DNA from: Octopus sinensis
Taxonomy: Eukaryota
Length of the DNA stretch: 64,000 nt
NCBI RefSeq assembly: GCF_006345805.1
Contig: NC_043022.1
Coordinates: 7,750,001-7,814,000 of the forward strand
Direction of reading: 5' to 3'
Of this stretch, positions 1 through 12,183 are shown in pieces. The translations under genes were made by a program, and so were the position numbers. The notes beneath the pieces were generated by a model that made no database searches, had not been told where the DNA came from, and saw nothing but the letters and a program-made list of their open reading frames with translations. The first letter of the stretch is position 1, and each line of letters begins with the position of its first letter.

Positions 1-297
1 AAGAAGAAAGTGAAAGCGTGAGAGAGAATGGAGTTGGGATGGAAACATAGTACAGAATAAGTATGAAGAAAATTGACTGTTATAAAAAAAGAGTAAGGAA
101 AAAGTAGAAATATAGCAAAAAAGAAAATCAAAGACTAATACACACACATACATGCTAATATATATATATATATATATATATATAGGAGTAACAGAGGGGG
201 GATTTAAACATAGAAGGAAAGAGAGACACATAGACAATTGAACAGACGCAGAGGGATACGACAGGTTGAGACATAAAGCAGACAAGGGGAGAGAGGG

Positions 298-336
<39 letters not shown>

Positions 337-416
337 CAGACAGAGAAAAAGAAAAAATGGAAGAGTGGGGCATCTATCGTCTACCAAATGGGGAGATTAG
401 AATCCTGGAGAAAGGC

Positions 417-449
<33 letters not shown>

Positions 450-755
450 AAGAGAATAGGAGAAAGAGGGAGGGATAGAAAGAGAAAGAGGCGACAGAGA
501 GAGAGAGACTGTGTATGTGCGATGCTTAATAGGCAGAAAGAAATAAGAAGGGATTACACAATAGGGAAAGATCAAAGGAAATCTGCAAGAGGAGGTGGGA
601 GTGGGGGTGGGGTGGAGGGCGAAGACTGTCGGGAGGTGGCGGGGGTGGGGTGAAGAGATTTCGCTACAGGGGGTCTGGGGGTGGGGGGAAAGTGTGGAAG
701 GATGAAAGATGGAGTAAGAATTAAAGAACAATAACAATAATAATGATAATAATAA

Positions 756-790
<35 letters not shown>

Positions 791-939
791 CATCAATGGC
801 GGCAATAAAAAAATAACAGGGAACATCAAAAAGCTGTTGCATGACTTCGACATCGAGTAAGGAAAGAATGAGGAAAATATGCACGGATATTCGAAATTTA
901 CCGACACCCCACTCTCTTTCAATCTATACGTCTGCATCC

Positions 940-956
940 ATATATATTTATATAGA

Positions 957-992
<36 letters not shown>

Positions 993-1154
993 TGTATGTA
1001 TGTATGTGTGTTGATGTGTGAGTGTGTGTGCGTGCGTGTCTGTGTATATATATATACATGTGTATATATCAAGATATATAGGTATATATAAGTATTAATA
1101 CATATATTCTTATTTATATATATATATATATAATATATTGATATATATATATAT

Positions 1155-1188
<34 letters not shown>

Positions 1189-1554
1189 TACGTATTAATA
1201 CGAATGTAAATATATGTATATATACGTGCACACGACTTATGTATATATATATTTCAAATATATATAATTACATGTGTGTGTATATATAAACATATATATA
1301 TGTATGCATATATATATATATATATATATAATATATATATATATATGCATATATACATATATATTGTACATATATATGTATAATATATACATATATTATA
1401 ATATATGTATATTATACATATGTATACATATATACATATATGGATATTATGTATATATATATATAATATATATATACATATATATATAAGTATATATGTA
1501 ACATGCATATATATAAGAATATATGTGTGTATATACATATATATGCAAAAGTAC

Positions 1555-1599
<45 letters not shown>

Positions 1600-1650
1600 T
1601 TATATTAAATATATATATGTATGTATATGCCTATATATGTATGTTTTTGG
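940..1650. repeat. Compound (TATG)n/(TA)n/(TG)n microsatellite field
   Basis: Directly visible; the overlapping Y/I/C/V/M-rich ORFs are repeat translations. Confidence 0.95.
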
Positions 1651-2040
1651 TATGTATACGCATATGTATAATCAACGATAGATCTATTTATGTGTCCCCC
1701 TATCTAACTACCTACTTACCTACATATAATTTCATGATAATCCGTGTCTTTCTTTTTCCTCACAACATAATTATATTGATTTTCTACACGTCTTCTTATG
1801 TTGCTGTTTTTCCGGCCTTCTTTTTCTTGTCACTGTACTTGTCTATACATATATGTATGTATGTATCTATGTATACACGCTTGTATGTACACATGTATGT
1901 ATATAGGTATTTGTATGTCTGTCTATGCGAACGGTCATGCGGTTAAGAAGGAAATTCATTTGATATCTTACTTCAATTCAACAAAAGGCCCCCTTATGTT
2001 AATGAAGCGTAAAAACACCGCGTTCTTAATAATAATGATG

Positions 2041-2082
<42 letters not shown>

Positions 2083-2534
2083 TAATAATGTTAATTCTAT
2101 ATCATGATCAAACAAAACTCAAAGCTTATTTCCTTTAATGGTCCGTTTAGTCATAATAGGAATATAGGTCTTGCTAAACCTTGCTTTAATTTATTTAATA
2201 AATATTTTGCAGAAAACCTAAGATATTTGGATATTTTAAATTGAGTTTCACATTTTTTATGAGACCGTGCTCCAGAAATAACAAATATTAATAGCAACAA
2301 TTATAAGCTTCCAGTCCAGTTTGTGCAATTCATCCTCGTAAATCAAGCGATAATTTTTTCCTCTTTCGAAATCAATAGTTTATTGTACGAAAGTATTTAC
2401 AAATAATAATTCAAGTTTCTTATGATGAGATATATTTAACTGAAGATCCTTTTAAATTTAGATTTAAATAACATAAATATACTTTCAGAAATCTTGAAAT
2501 ATTGTCTAACTTAATTTAGTTTCTGATATATTCA

Positions 2535-3042
2535 GACGACTTCGACCAGTGTGTTCCAGTAATTCCATCACCAAAGATGTGAAAATCCGTCTCTATATGT
2601 CAATTGTAGTGCCTATTGCTATCTCTGTGTACGAGGCGTGGAAAAGCACAGCTAGCATCATCATAAAACTGGACGTCTTTCGTAGGCAATGTGCTCGTTT
2701 TATACTTGGAATATTGTGGAGGGACTACATCGGCAATAATGAGATCATGTGGCGATGAGGCCTAGACAACCTATCAGACATCTTCAAGAAGCGAAGATTG
2801 CGGTTCATCGGACGCATAATACGGCTACCGGAACACAGGCTGCTACACGGACACCGGCCGAGAGGGAATGAAGGAGATGAAGAACGCCCAAAAACTGGTG
2901 CAGTACTTTCCGCAAGGACTTAAAAGAACTGCAATCGACTCGGACTGATGCAAAAACGGCTGTAGCAGATCGCACTCAGTTGAGCCAACTCATCGCCCAA
3001 AGTTCCGTTAGGAACACTAGGAACTAAGACTATATCTAAGAC
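2535..3042 (+). mobile_element. RTE-clade LINE 3' fragment (degenerate post-RT C-terminus)
   Basis: Translates with stops/frameshifts as SITKDVKIRLYMSIVVPIAISVYEAWKSTASIIIKLDVFRRQCARFILGILWRDYIGNNEIMWR*GLDNLSDIFKKRRLRFIGRIIRL...KNWCSTFRKDLKEL...; ends in a short ACTAAGAC/TCTAAGAC-like tail. Confidence 0.8.
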
Positions 3043-3196
3043 AATTTAGTTGAAATACATCAATGGTTTGAAACGCATCAACATTTTTAACTTGAATTTG
3101 TTGAAAGAATTCTGTACAGTTCTGTATTTAAGAGATGAGGAATTATGTACATTATTTACATTTGACGGGTATTTGTCCTCATTTTGTTTGTTGTTA

Positions 3197-3240
3197 ACAC
3201 AACGTTTCGGCTGATTTACCCTCCAGTCTTCATCAGGTGT
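3197..3240 (-). ncRNA. Minimal type I hammerhead ribozyme motif (family E tail)
   Basis: ACAC-CUGAUGA-A-GACUG-loop-CAGCC-GAAA-CG-UU-GUGU; one stem II mismatch. Confidence 0.65.
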
Positions 3241-3299
3241 CTTGGTGAAATTTCGAACCTGGGTTCTTATTCCTAAGGTATTTTTCAATGTTGTTGTTG

Positions 3300-3351
<52 letters not shown>

Positions 3352-3352
<1 letters not shown>

Positions 3353-3642
3353 GTCAAGAAGAAGGACGCGATTCGATTGTAAGTTATTTTATTGAACGAT
3401 ATTTCAACAGTATGTCTGTCTTTGTCAAGTTCAAAATAAGAAGTGATAAAAATTCAGAAATTTAAACATAAAGTATGAACGATAGCAAGTAGCGTCCACT
3501 TTATCTTGCTATCGTTCATACTTTACGTTTAAATTTCTGAATTTTTATCACTTCTTATTTTGAACTTGACAAAGACAGACATACTGTTGAAATATCGTTC
3601 AATAAAATAACTTACAATCGAATCGCACTCTTTTTCTTGACT
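3352..3642. repeat. Near-perfect palindrome, 138-bp arms, 15-nt loop
   Basis: 3352-3489 is the reverse complement of 3505-3642 with only a few mismatches. Confidence 0.95.
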
Positions 3643-3672
3643 GTTTACCTTTGTGAAGAGTTACGTCAATCC

Positions 3673-3737
<65 letters not shown>

Positions 3738-3823
3738 TCACTGCCTGGAATCAAACTCGGGATCTTGGGGCTAGTAGCCCGCGCTCTTAACCACTACACC
3801 ATGTGCCCGTGGGCATATGGCAT

Positions 3824-3954
3824 ATGAGAACCCAGGTTCGAATTACCCCAATACACCTGATGAAGGCTGGAGGGTATATCAGCCTTCACTAGGTGTCTTG
3901 GGGAAATTTCGAACCTGGGTTCTCATTACTAAAGTATTTTTCGATGCTATTATC

Positions 3955-4005
<51 letters not shown>

Positions 4006-4150
4006 TTAGGACGAAAAATACCTTAGGAATGAGAACCTAGGTTCGAAGTTTCCCCAAGACACCTGATGAAGGCTGGAGGTATATCAGCCGAAACGTTGTG
4101 TTATCAACAAACAAAATGAGGACAAATATCCGTCAAATGTAAATAATATA
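3824..4150. mobile_element. Cluster of family E tails in alternating orientation
   Basis: Fold-back 3824-3927 centred on the HHR stem II loop, minus tail to about 3955, (ATT)n, plus tail about 4010-4150. Confidence 0.8.
4059..4101 (+). ncRNA. Minimal type I hammerhead ribozyme motif (intact)
   Basis: Stem I ACAC/GUGU, core CUGAUGA plus extra A, stem II GGCUG/CAGCC, GAAA, palindromic stem III ACGU, GUU triplet (predicted cut after 4097). Confidence 0.8.
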
Positions 4151-4718
4151 AATACTGTTTAGAATTCTGTAGTTTAAACCAATATCAGAAACTATATAAT
4201 CATTTCGCGAATGCATGAGTATACTAAACTTTGTACTTAAGGAAATTATGGTTATAATCATGATGTCTCAGAATATGTTTGTGTGTATGTGTATAAATAT
4301 ACATATACATACAGAAAAACTGTAACTGATACAAGCATGTAGTAATACAGAAGACAGAAATGACGTTGAAACTTCGCAGGATAGATATGAAGAAATTATT
4401 TGATTATAACACTCACACACACATACATACACACCCTCTCTCTCCCTCTCTATCTCCCCTTTCTCTCTTACTCTCTCTTTGCCTGTGTTAATATTGATTT
4501 TGAAAATTGTGTTATACAGAGCTGTGTCGCAAGCTAATATATTGTCGCTGCCATATATAAGAAATTTTGCTGAATCTGTCGAAGGACTGATGAAAACCAT
4601 ATACTCTTTTTACAACAGTGTGACAGGCTTTAAATAAATTTAAACGCTTTCATTTGCTGGGCTGCAATTCATATCCAACGTGTGTGTGTGTGTGTGTGCG
4701 TGTGCGTGTTTCTGTATA

Positions 4719-5123
4719 GGCGCAGCGTGGCCATGTGATAAGAAATTTGCTTCCCAACCACATGGTTCCGGGTTCGGTCTACTGCGTGGCACCTTAGGCT
4801 AATGTCTTCTACTATAGCCTCGGGCCTAGTGGATATGGAAGACGGAAACTTAAAGAAACCCGTCGTATATATATATATATCACGTCACGTGACCGACCAG
4901 ACCATCAGATGTTGTTACACATCGCTGGTCACAATGCGCTTCGCATTGTTTTAGCCTTCGAATGACGCCACCTCGCTGGCTAAGCGAGCAAGCCAACAGA
5001 AGAAAGAGTGATGAAATAGTACAGCAGGGATCACTACCCCTGCTTTTAGGTGTTTTCGCTCAATAAACACTCACAACGCCCGGTCGGGGAATCGAAACCA
5101 CGATCCTGCGACCCGCCATATAC

Positions 5124-5206
<83 letters not shown>

Positions 5207-5230
5207 AATATATATATACATATATATATA

Positions 5231-5324
<94 letters not shown>

Positions 5325-5434
5325 CTAGGCTTACATAGAATAAGTTCTGAGATCGATTAGTTCGACTAAAGGTGGTGCTCCGGAATCTTGTGGTTCGTAA
5401 GCAAGCTACTTACCACACAGCCACTCCTACGCCT
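4719..5434 (+). mobile_element. tRNA-derived SINE family A with nested family C copy and an inverted head
   Basis: Head and body 4719-4870, tail 5330-5380, inverted head 5381-5434; matches many other copies in the window. Confidence 0.8.
4883..5115 (-). mobile_element. tRNA-derived SINE family C (5'-truncated) with RTE-like 3' tail
   Basis: Homologous to 17294-17452 and 53916-54212; tail TGTGACCAGCG...CTGGTCGGTCACGTGA. Confidence 0.75.
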
Positions 5435-5944
5435 ATGTATGTATTTACATATACGTATGGAATGTGTGAATATTCGTGCGTGTGTATGTGTGTCAGTGAG
5501 AAGGTGTATGTGTGGAGTATATGTGTAGTGTACGTGTGTTTGGGAGAAAGTTTCTTTTTTTCTGACTGTAGAACGTTAATATTTATCATTCTGTTATCAA
5601 TTTTTTCCTCCACCTATAAAATAACAGATCCCTTCTCCCCAATAATTATAGTATTGGTTTCCGATATTTCACCAATAGTTCAGCAAAATTGTTGGAATTT
5701 AAAAGCTTGCAATTTTCTTTCTTTAAATATAAAATCTAATAGCGAACACAGAAACATATAATCTACATATGTATTCGTCTGACGGTGATTACACCCTATG
5801 GACAAAAACAAACACATATTTATTTGTGTAATACTCTTAAGATTATGCATGTATGTATACATAACTAGATGCCTGTCTCTATACCTACATATATACACAT
5901 CCGTACATGAATAGTGAAAATATATTTGCGTATGTTTATGTAGA

Positions 5945-6080
5945 CATCTGGGGAGAGCGTAGGCTCGAAACGTTAAAGACTTTTTCTCTTCCCGAGCGTT
6001 AAACTAATACATCTGTTTGTTGTCTACACCACCTGTCTTCATCTTTTGTTTGTTTGGGGTTTTTTGTGTGAATTCTTCCC
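5945..6080 (+). mobile_element. Truncated copy of the (TA)n-embedded HHR element
   Basis: GAGC-GTAG-GCTC-GAAAC-GTT-AAAGAC plus the shared downstream tail; core partly deleted. Confidence 0.65.
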
Positions 6081-6297
6081 CTGAATTATTCAGGGATAGA
6101 ATTCACAAAATCTAGAGAAGATGCAAGCACTAATATATGATTCATAAAAACTTGTGACATTAATAAAAATCTGTAAATGTACAACCATCCAGATTTCTGA
6201 GTATCTTATTTTTTCTAATATATATTACCTGTACATCACCTCCAAACCTTATATATATGTATGTATATGTATGTATATGTATATATATGTATATATA

Positions 6298-6334
<37 letters not shown>

Positions 6335-6874
6335 CCACGTGTGTATCGTTGGCGATATTTTTTCCTCCGTCTTCCCTTCCTTGGATCTTTCTTTCCTTTC
6401 CTGAGCGTCCAATAACACTATACTTGTTCCACGTCCTCGCGTTGTTGTGTTTTCTCTTTGTATTTTCATGTTTGGATTAACTATGTATATACATATATAT
6501 GAATTAGGGTATCAAATCTACCAGCTTTGCTAGAAATAGCAGTCAACTTCCCAAAGCCACATATTTCGCACTAGAAGTAAACACACGCGGTTAATGCAGC
6601 AAATATAAGAAAAATAGGTCTTACTTCTCAAAACTACTAAAAGAAGTACAGACATTTTAGTATCAATTGGTTTCATCTTTTTAGCTAAAAACAGTTAGGA
6701 TTATCAGGTAACCTTACTGATAAACTATTTTTCGAAATATATTCGCTACACCGTGCGCACCTGTTCTCTTGAATGCCCCCGCAACATTAAAAACGAACAC
6801 AAGGGATTACGCTAAAAATTTAAATATTTAAATAAGATATCATTAATAAAAAAAATAATAATAATAATAATAAT

Positions 6875-7363
6875 ATACCAATAGTTGTCGGAGCCCTGAG
6901 AACAGTAAGTAAAAATCTCGAGAAGTACGTGGAACAAATGGGGACTGCAATAAGGGTGGGGCACTTGCAGAAAACAGCACTGCTTGGAACCGCTCGAATA
7001 CTCCGGAAGGTGCTCGAAAAATAAGAGGTGTTACCTTAGTTCACTGGTAGTGAACAGCTGACACCGTAGTACATCTCCAGCGTTAGAAGCTGTGCAAAGG
7101 CAATAATAATAATAATAATATAATAATAATAATAATATACCAATAGTTGTCGGAGCCCTGAGAACAGTAAGTAAAAATCTCGAGAAGTACGTGGAACAAA
7201 TGGGGACTGCAATAAGGGTGGGGCACTTGCAGAAAACAGCACTGCTTGGAACCGCTCGAATACTCCGGAAGGTGCTCGAAAAATAAGAGGTGTTACCTTA
7301 GTTCACTGGTAGTGAACAGCTGACACCGTAGTACATCTCCAGCGTTAGAAGCTGTGCAAAGGC
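6875..7363 (+). mobile_element. Two tandem 227-bp 3' ends of an R4/Dong-like element, each bounded by (AAT)n
   Basis: 6875-7101 and 7137-7363 both read IPIVVGALRTVSKNLEKYVEQMGTAIRVGHLQKTALLGTARILRKVLEK* plus 3'UTR, homologous to the C-terminus of ORF 29617-30918. Confidence 0.88.
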
Positions 7364-7403
<40 letters not shown>

Positions 7404-7428
7404 CGAGCAATCTTAACCATTATATAAG

Positions 7429-7700
7429 AGTGGCTGTGTGGTAAGTAGATAACTTACCAACCACAGGTTTTCGGGTCCAGTGCGCGCGCGCGTTTGTGTC
7501 TTTTTATGTTTGTGTCCCTCCTCCCACTACCATTTTACAACTGGTATTGGTTTCTTTAAGTCTCGCATAAACGGTTCGGCAAAAGAAACCGATATACTCA
7601 ACACCAGACTTGTTTTTTTTTAAAGAAAAGAAAGTACTAAGGTCAATTTATATGGTTTAGACGCTTCAAACCTCTGCCCCAGAATGGGCACAGTCGAATA
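7429..7700 (+). mobile_element. SINE family A, degenerate
   Basis: GGCTGTGTGGTAAGTAG head and AACGGTTCGGCAAAAGAAACCGATA body. Confidence 0.7.
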
Positions 7701-8211
7701 AAAGATATAAGACATGCGATTTTATATCATACATTTTCGATCTACTTCGACGTCCAGTGAGCGAGCAGCTGTCTTTCGCGATAAATGGAGTTACTTTTTA
7801 TATTTCATTTCATTTTATTTTCTCCCCCAACAAAAATATTAAATCAGTTCAGTTGTGCTTTCATTTACGTCCTAACAGTATCATTTTCATCCACCTGTTT
7901 CAGTTTCAATGTCTGTATATTTCTTACATCACTTCCAGATTATCTTACCGAATAAATCGTGCCCCATGGACTTCGTAAGCATTTCAACATGCTGATCTCG
8001 CATTTGACAATGATATGCTAATGTCTTCGGTTTTTTGATTTCCCACAGTCTACATTTGTTGTCAGCAGTTAATTTATGATTTTATATATTTTACACAAAA
8101 GTTCTTTGAAAGGGTACATTGCTTTCGGTACTGGTACACACAAAAATAGATTGCAAAATATTCAGTAAGCCATGCCAGGTTTGCAGTGGTTTATTCCTTG
8201 AACGCTCTCAG

Positions 8212-8250
<39 letters not shown>

Positions 8251-8296
8251 TAAGAAACACACAAAACCGTTAGATTCACTTCAACATATAAATTTA

Positions 8297-8349
8297 ATTT
8301 GTCAAAATATTTTCGTCGCTTTGAGACCGCGACCTGTTCACTGACAAAT
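8297..8349 (-). ncRNA. Type I hammerhead motif with G3-C8 swapped core
   Basis: AUUUGUCA-GUGAACA-G-GUCGC-loop-GCGAC-GAAA-AUAU-UU-UGACAAAU: 8-bp stem I, 5-bp stem II, palindromic stem III AAUAUU. Confidence 0.7.
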
Positions 8350-8374
8350 AATAATAATAATAATAATAATAATA

Positions 8375-8407
<33 letters not shown>

Positions 8408-8507
8408 GTTGTTGTTGTTATGATTTTATGTTTGACTTTTGCTTTACATTTGTCCAAGTTGGCTCCAGATACCTCAAGATAATTTCTTCTTCTTCTTCTT
8501 CTTCTTC

Positions 8508-8551
<44 letters not shown>

Positions 8552-9105
8552 GAGTGAGAGAGCAGTTCATGCCATCAAAGTGACACTGGGGTCAAATATA
8601 CGAAGCCCAATATACCCATCATGGCTACCCGTCTGATATGGGTACACTAGGCACATGCATCACAACCAAATGTGCGCGACATGGTGATCTCATATCAAGA
8701 TAAACAGCAGATGACCTTGCAGGTGGGGCACAGTTAGAATTTTCTTCAGGTTGAGTAGCCCATCCCGCTCAAAAAGTCCTTGAATAAGGATTGTTTAAGG
8801 ATGTTGAAAAAAACACCCATGTTTCCAGAAGTGAATTATTCAAACCCCAAAGAATCCCTCTCAACACATGGCTATGATGCTCCCCCACTACTTCTGTTCG
8901 TGATCAGAGATGCACATATCGTCAGCCACTAAGGGACATGCTCAACTGGTTAAGGTCAAACAACTGACAAGCAAATCTGTGGTATTGAGCAGAATATTTG
9001 CTGTAGCCCATCTTTTATACCAAGACAAAACAAAGTACATGATAACACTTCCAATCAGTTAAGATCAGAAGCCATGAGAGCCACTGCCTGGTACTGCATC
9101 AGGGC

Positions 9106-9108
<3 letters not shown>
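8552..9108 (-). mobile_element. About 555-bp non-coding interspersed element embedded in (TAA)n
   Basis: High-identity second copy at 30995-31483; (ATT)n at both ends of both copies. Confidence 0.85.
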
Positions 9109-9171
<63 letters not shown>

Positions 9172-9182
9172 CATTATTATTA

Positions 9183-9217
<35 letters not shown>

Positions 9218-9226
9218 ATTATTATT

Positions 9227-9510
9227 CAGTAGTTTTATTTTTATTGCGTGCTTTCACTGCACTACCGAGTGCTGCTCTGTGTGCCTTGGGTATATGCTGC
9301 GGTTTGTTGTGGTGCTCTTATTTTCACTGTATTGAAAGTGCTTTACGTAAGCCTAGTAGTGCTATTTTCTATATGTTGTATATACTTGTAAGTCCTGGTG
9401 TTTTTATTACGTATTTGTCTGAATGTTTTTCGCCTACTATGATAGGAATGATTTCTGTTTTAGGCACCACATACGAGTTACCTCTATTTCTAGATCCTTG
9501 TATTATGACC
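9227..9510 (-). mobile_element. R4/Dong-like 3' end, degenerate, ending in (AAT)n
   Basis: Reads DLEIEVTRMWCLKTEIIPIIVG...KTPGLTSIYNI*KIALLG(del)LRKALSIQ*. Confidence 0.8.
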
Positions 9511-9706
9511 TTTTCTTCTTCTTCTTCTTCTTCTTCTTCTTCTTCTTCTTCTTCTTCTTCTACTTCTTCTCTTTCTTCTTCTTCTTCTTCTTCTTCTCTT
9601 TCTTCTTCTTCTTCTCTTTCTTCTTCTTCTTCTTCTTCTCTTTCTTCTTCTTCTTCTTCTCTTCCTTCTTCTTCTTCTTCTTCTTCTTCTTCTTCTTCTT
9701 CTGCTA

Positions 9707-9755
<49 letters not shown>
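9511..9755. repeat. (TTC)n then (ATT)n microsatellites
   Basis: Direct reading. Confidence 0.95.
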
Positions 9756-9963
9756 CGTTGATGCCGCTTTGTTTTACACGAGAGGTTCCAAATTTCGGCC
9801 AGAGACTTCAAGAAACAACAAGTTAAACATTATACTACGATTGTTATTTATGATTAGCAATGATTGAAGGGGAAGGAAACCAGGAAACTAAGATCCTTTC
9901 AGACTCACCCTACTTAATCTTTTCAGTAATCTAGTGTATATTGTTTTTGCTTTCATTTTCATA

Positions 9964-10358
9964 TCTTTATATATAAAAGAGATGTTGTATGCTGTCTGTC
10001 TCCTACGATTTAGATTCCTAACTACTCCCACATTCTGCGGTGCAGTTTAACCAAAACCGGGTATCTTATAGTCGTGATTCATATCGAGCCCTTCTGGGTA
10101 TTAGCGCGCGTCTACGATGAGTCTACAATTTTTAAAAAATTTACCATTATTTTTCCGCATTTTTAATGCATTTTTGGCATATATAAGGGAAGTAACTCTC
10201 TAAAAATTTATTATTAAATCTCAGAACGTAAAAAGCTCCAGTAACACCCCCACTTTGTGGTTAGCCATATTGAGATGGCTATTATACTTTACATCTCTAA
10301 AAATGCTTATATAGTTATTTCCCTTACAAACCCGAGCAACGCCGGGCGATACTGCTAG
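9964..10358 (+). mobile_element. Non-autonomous Helitron, copy 1
   Basis: 5' A|TC start, subterminal hairpin CCCGAGCAACGCCGGG, 3' CTAG|T end, no TSD; homologues at 18485-18990 and 62651-63284. Confidence 0.85.
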
Positions 10359-10579
10359 TTGGATATAATATGCTTTTATTCCTGAGAGAGTAGCGCTCCT
10401 TTCTTGTTTGTAGTCACTGACGAGATAACTTCAATAATTTCCAAAAGATATTTTGAAATAAAGAACAGTTAGAGACTACGTTAATGTGAGTAATTTCCCC
10501 TAGATTGGTATCTTGTAGTATTTTCTGTCATACAAATTGAGTTTTTCAAACTAAAATTTACACCCTATGTGGACTTTTC

Positions 10580-11333
10580 TACTCTAGGCACAAGGCCCGA
10601 AATTTTGGGGGAGGGAGCCAGTCAATAAAATCGACCCCAGTACGCAACTGGTACTTAATTTATCGACCCCGAAAGGATGAAAGGCAATGTCGACCTCGGC
10701 GGAATTTGAACTCAGGATGTAAAGACAGACGAAGTACCTATTTCTTTACTATCCACAAGGGGCTAAACACAGAGAGGACAAACGAGGGCAGACAAACGGA
10801 TTAAGTCGATTATATCGACACCAGTGCGTAACTAGACTTATTTAATCGACTCCGAAAGGATGAAAGGCAAAGTCGACCTCGGCGGAATTTGAACTCAGAA
10901 CGTAACTGCAGACGAAATACCTATTTCTTTACTACCCACAAGGGGCTAAACACAGAAAGGACAAACAAGGACAGACAAACGGATTAAGTCGATTATATCG
11001 ACACCAGTGCGTAACTAGTACTTATTTAATCGACTCCGAAAGGATGAAAGGCAAAGTCGACCTCGGCGGAATTTGAACTCAGAACGTAACGGCAGATGAA
11101 TACCTTTTCTTTCTACCCACAAGGGCGAAACACAGAAAGGACAAACAGGACAGACAAACGGATTAAGTCGATTATATCGACTCCAGTGCGTAACTAGTAC
11201 TTATTTAATCGACCCCGAAAGGATGAAAGGCAAAGTCGACCTCGACGGAATTTGAACTCAGAATGTAGCGGCAGACGAAATACCGCTAAGCATTTTGCCC
11301 GGCGTGCTAACGATTCTGCCAACTCGCCGCCTT
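10580..11333 (-). mobile_element. SINE family B, tandem array of about four 180-bp bodies behind one head
   Basis: Repeated GTCGACCTCGGCGGAATTTGAACTCAG / CCTATTTCTTTACTACCCACAAGGGGCTAAAC units; GGCGGCGAGTTGGCAGAA head at about 11333. Confidence 0.88.
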
Positions 11334-11765
11334 ATTACACCCAAAGTGGACTTGTACAACAAGATAACTTTGGAGGATCGAATATTCCATGTGAAATGCA
11401 ACCAAAATTGTAAAGATAGTAACAGTGTTTGAACGTTTACATTACACGTTTATAGTATACACTACGTCGATTTGTCAGTAAGAAAATACGGCATGAACTA
11501 TTTCCACATGCACAAAACAGATCACACCCAATTGTGATATATTTTCACATGCACAACACATCACACACAATTATCGCATTTCCGGTTTACAAGTTGAATA
11601 TTTCTCACCAAAATTAACAGCCGGCAATGGCGGACCTAAACTCCCATCTGAAAGGCAGCAGGATTTGCAAAGACAGTGACGTGACGCTGTTTGAATGTTT
11701 ACGCTATATGTTTACATTATGTAATACGTTAACTTGTATGTCAAAAATTATGGTACTGGTCCCTC

Positions 11766-12124
11766 TCATTTGGCAATGTCAGATTTATTGTCCAGCGTTT
11801 GTTTTTAGATCTGTGTTCTGTTATTCTTTCACTTGTTTCAGTCATTTTTTACTGTGGCCATACCAGTGCGTGCACCGCTTTTTAGTCGAATAAATCGAGC
11901 CCTGGACTTATTCTTTGTCAGTCTTTTTGCCGAACCGCTAATTTACGGATACGTAAGCACAGCAGCATTGGTTTTCAGGCGATGGAGGGGAACAAATACA
12001 AACACAGACGCACAAATATACACACATACACACACACACATACACACACACATATATATATATATTCTTAAAATCCTTTAAAATGTTTTAGTCCGAAGGC
12101 CGCGGCCATGCTGGGGCACCGCCG

Positions 12125-12183
<59 letters not shown>

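Larger units (their letters stand above)
3118..3815 (-). mobile_element. tRNA-headed, hammerhead-tailed SINE-like element (family E), interrupted by a 291-bp palindrome
   Basis: Minus strand: tRNA-like head 3815-3733, (AAT)n, insertion 3352-3674, (AAT)n, then tail 3290-3118 with HHR at 3240-3197; same order as the contiguous copy at 15128-15393. Confidence 0.7.

Noticed and set aside
9040-9108. Possible HDV-like ribozyme at the 5' end of the 555-bp element
   Set aside because: P2- and P3-like pairings can be drawn, but P1 needs a bulge and P1.1/P4 are missing, so the fold is not supportable by eye.
10580-11333. Regular repeats resembling a CRISPR array
   Set aside because: The whole 180-bp unit repeats with no unique spacers; eukaryotic SINE tandem.
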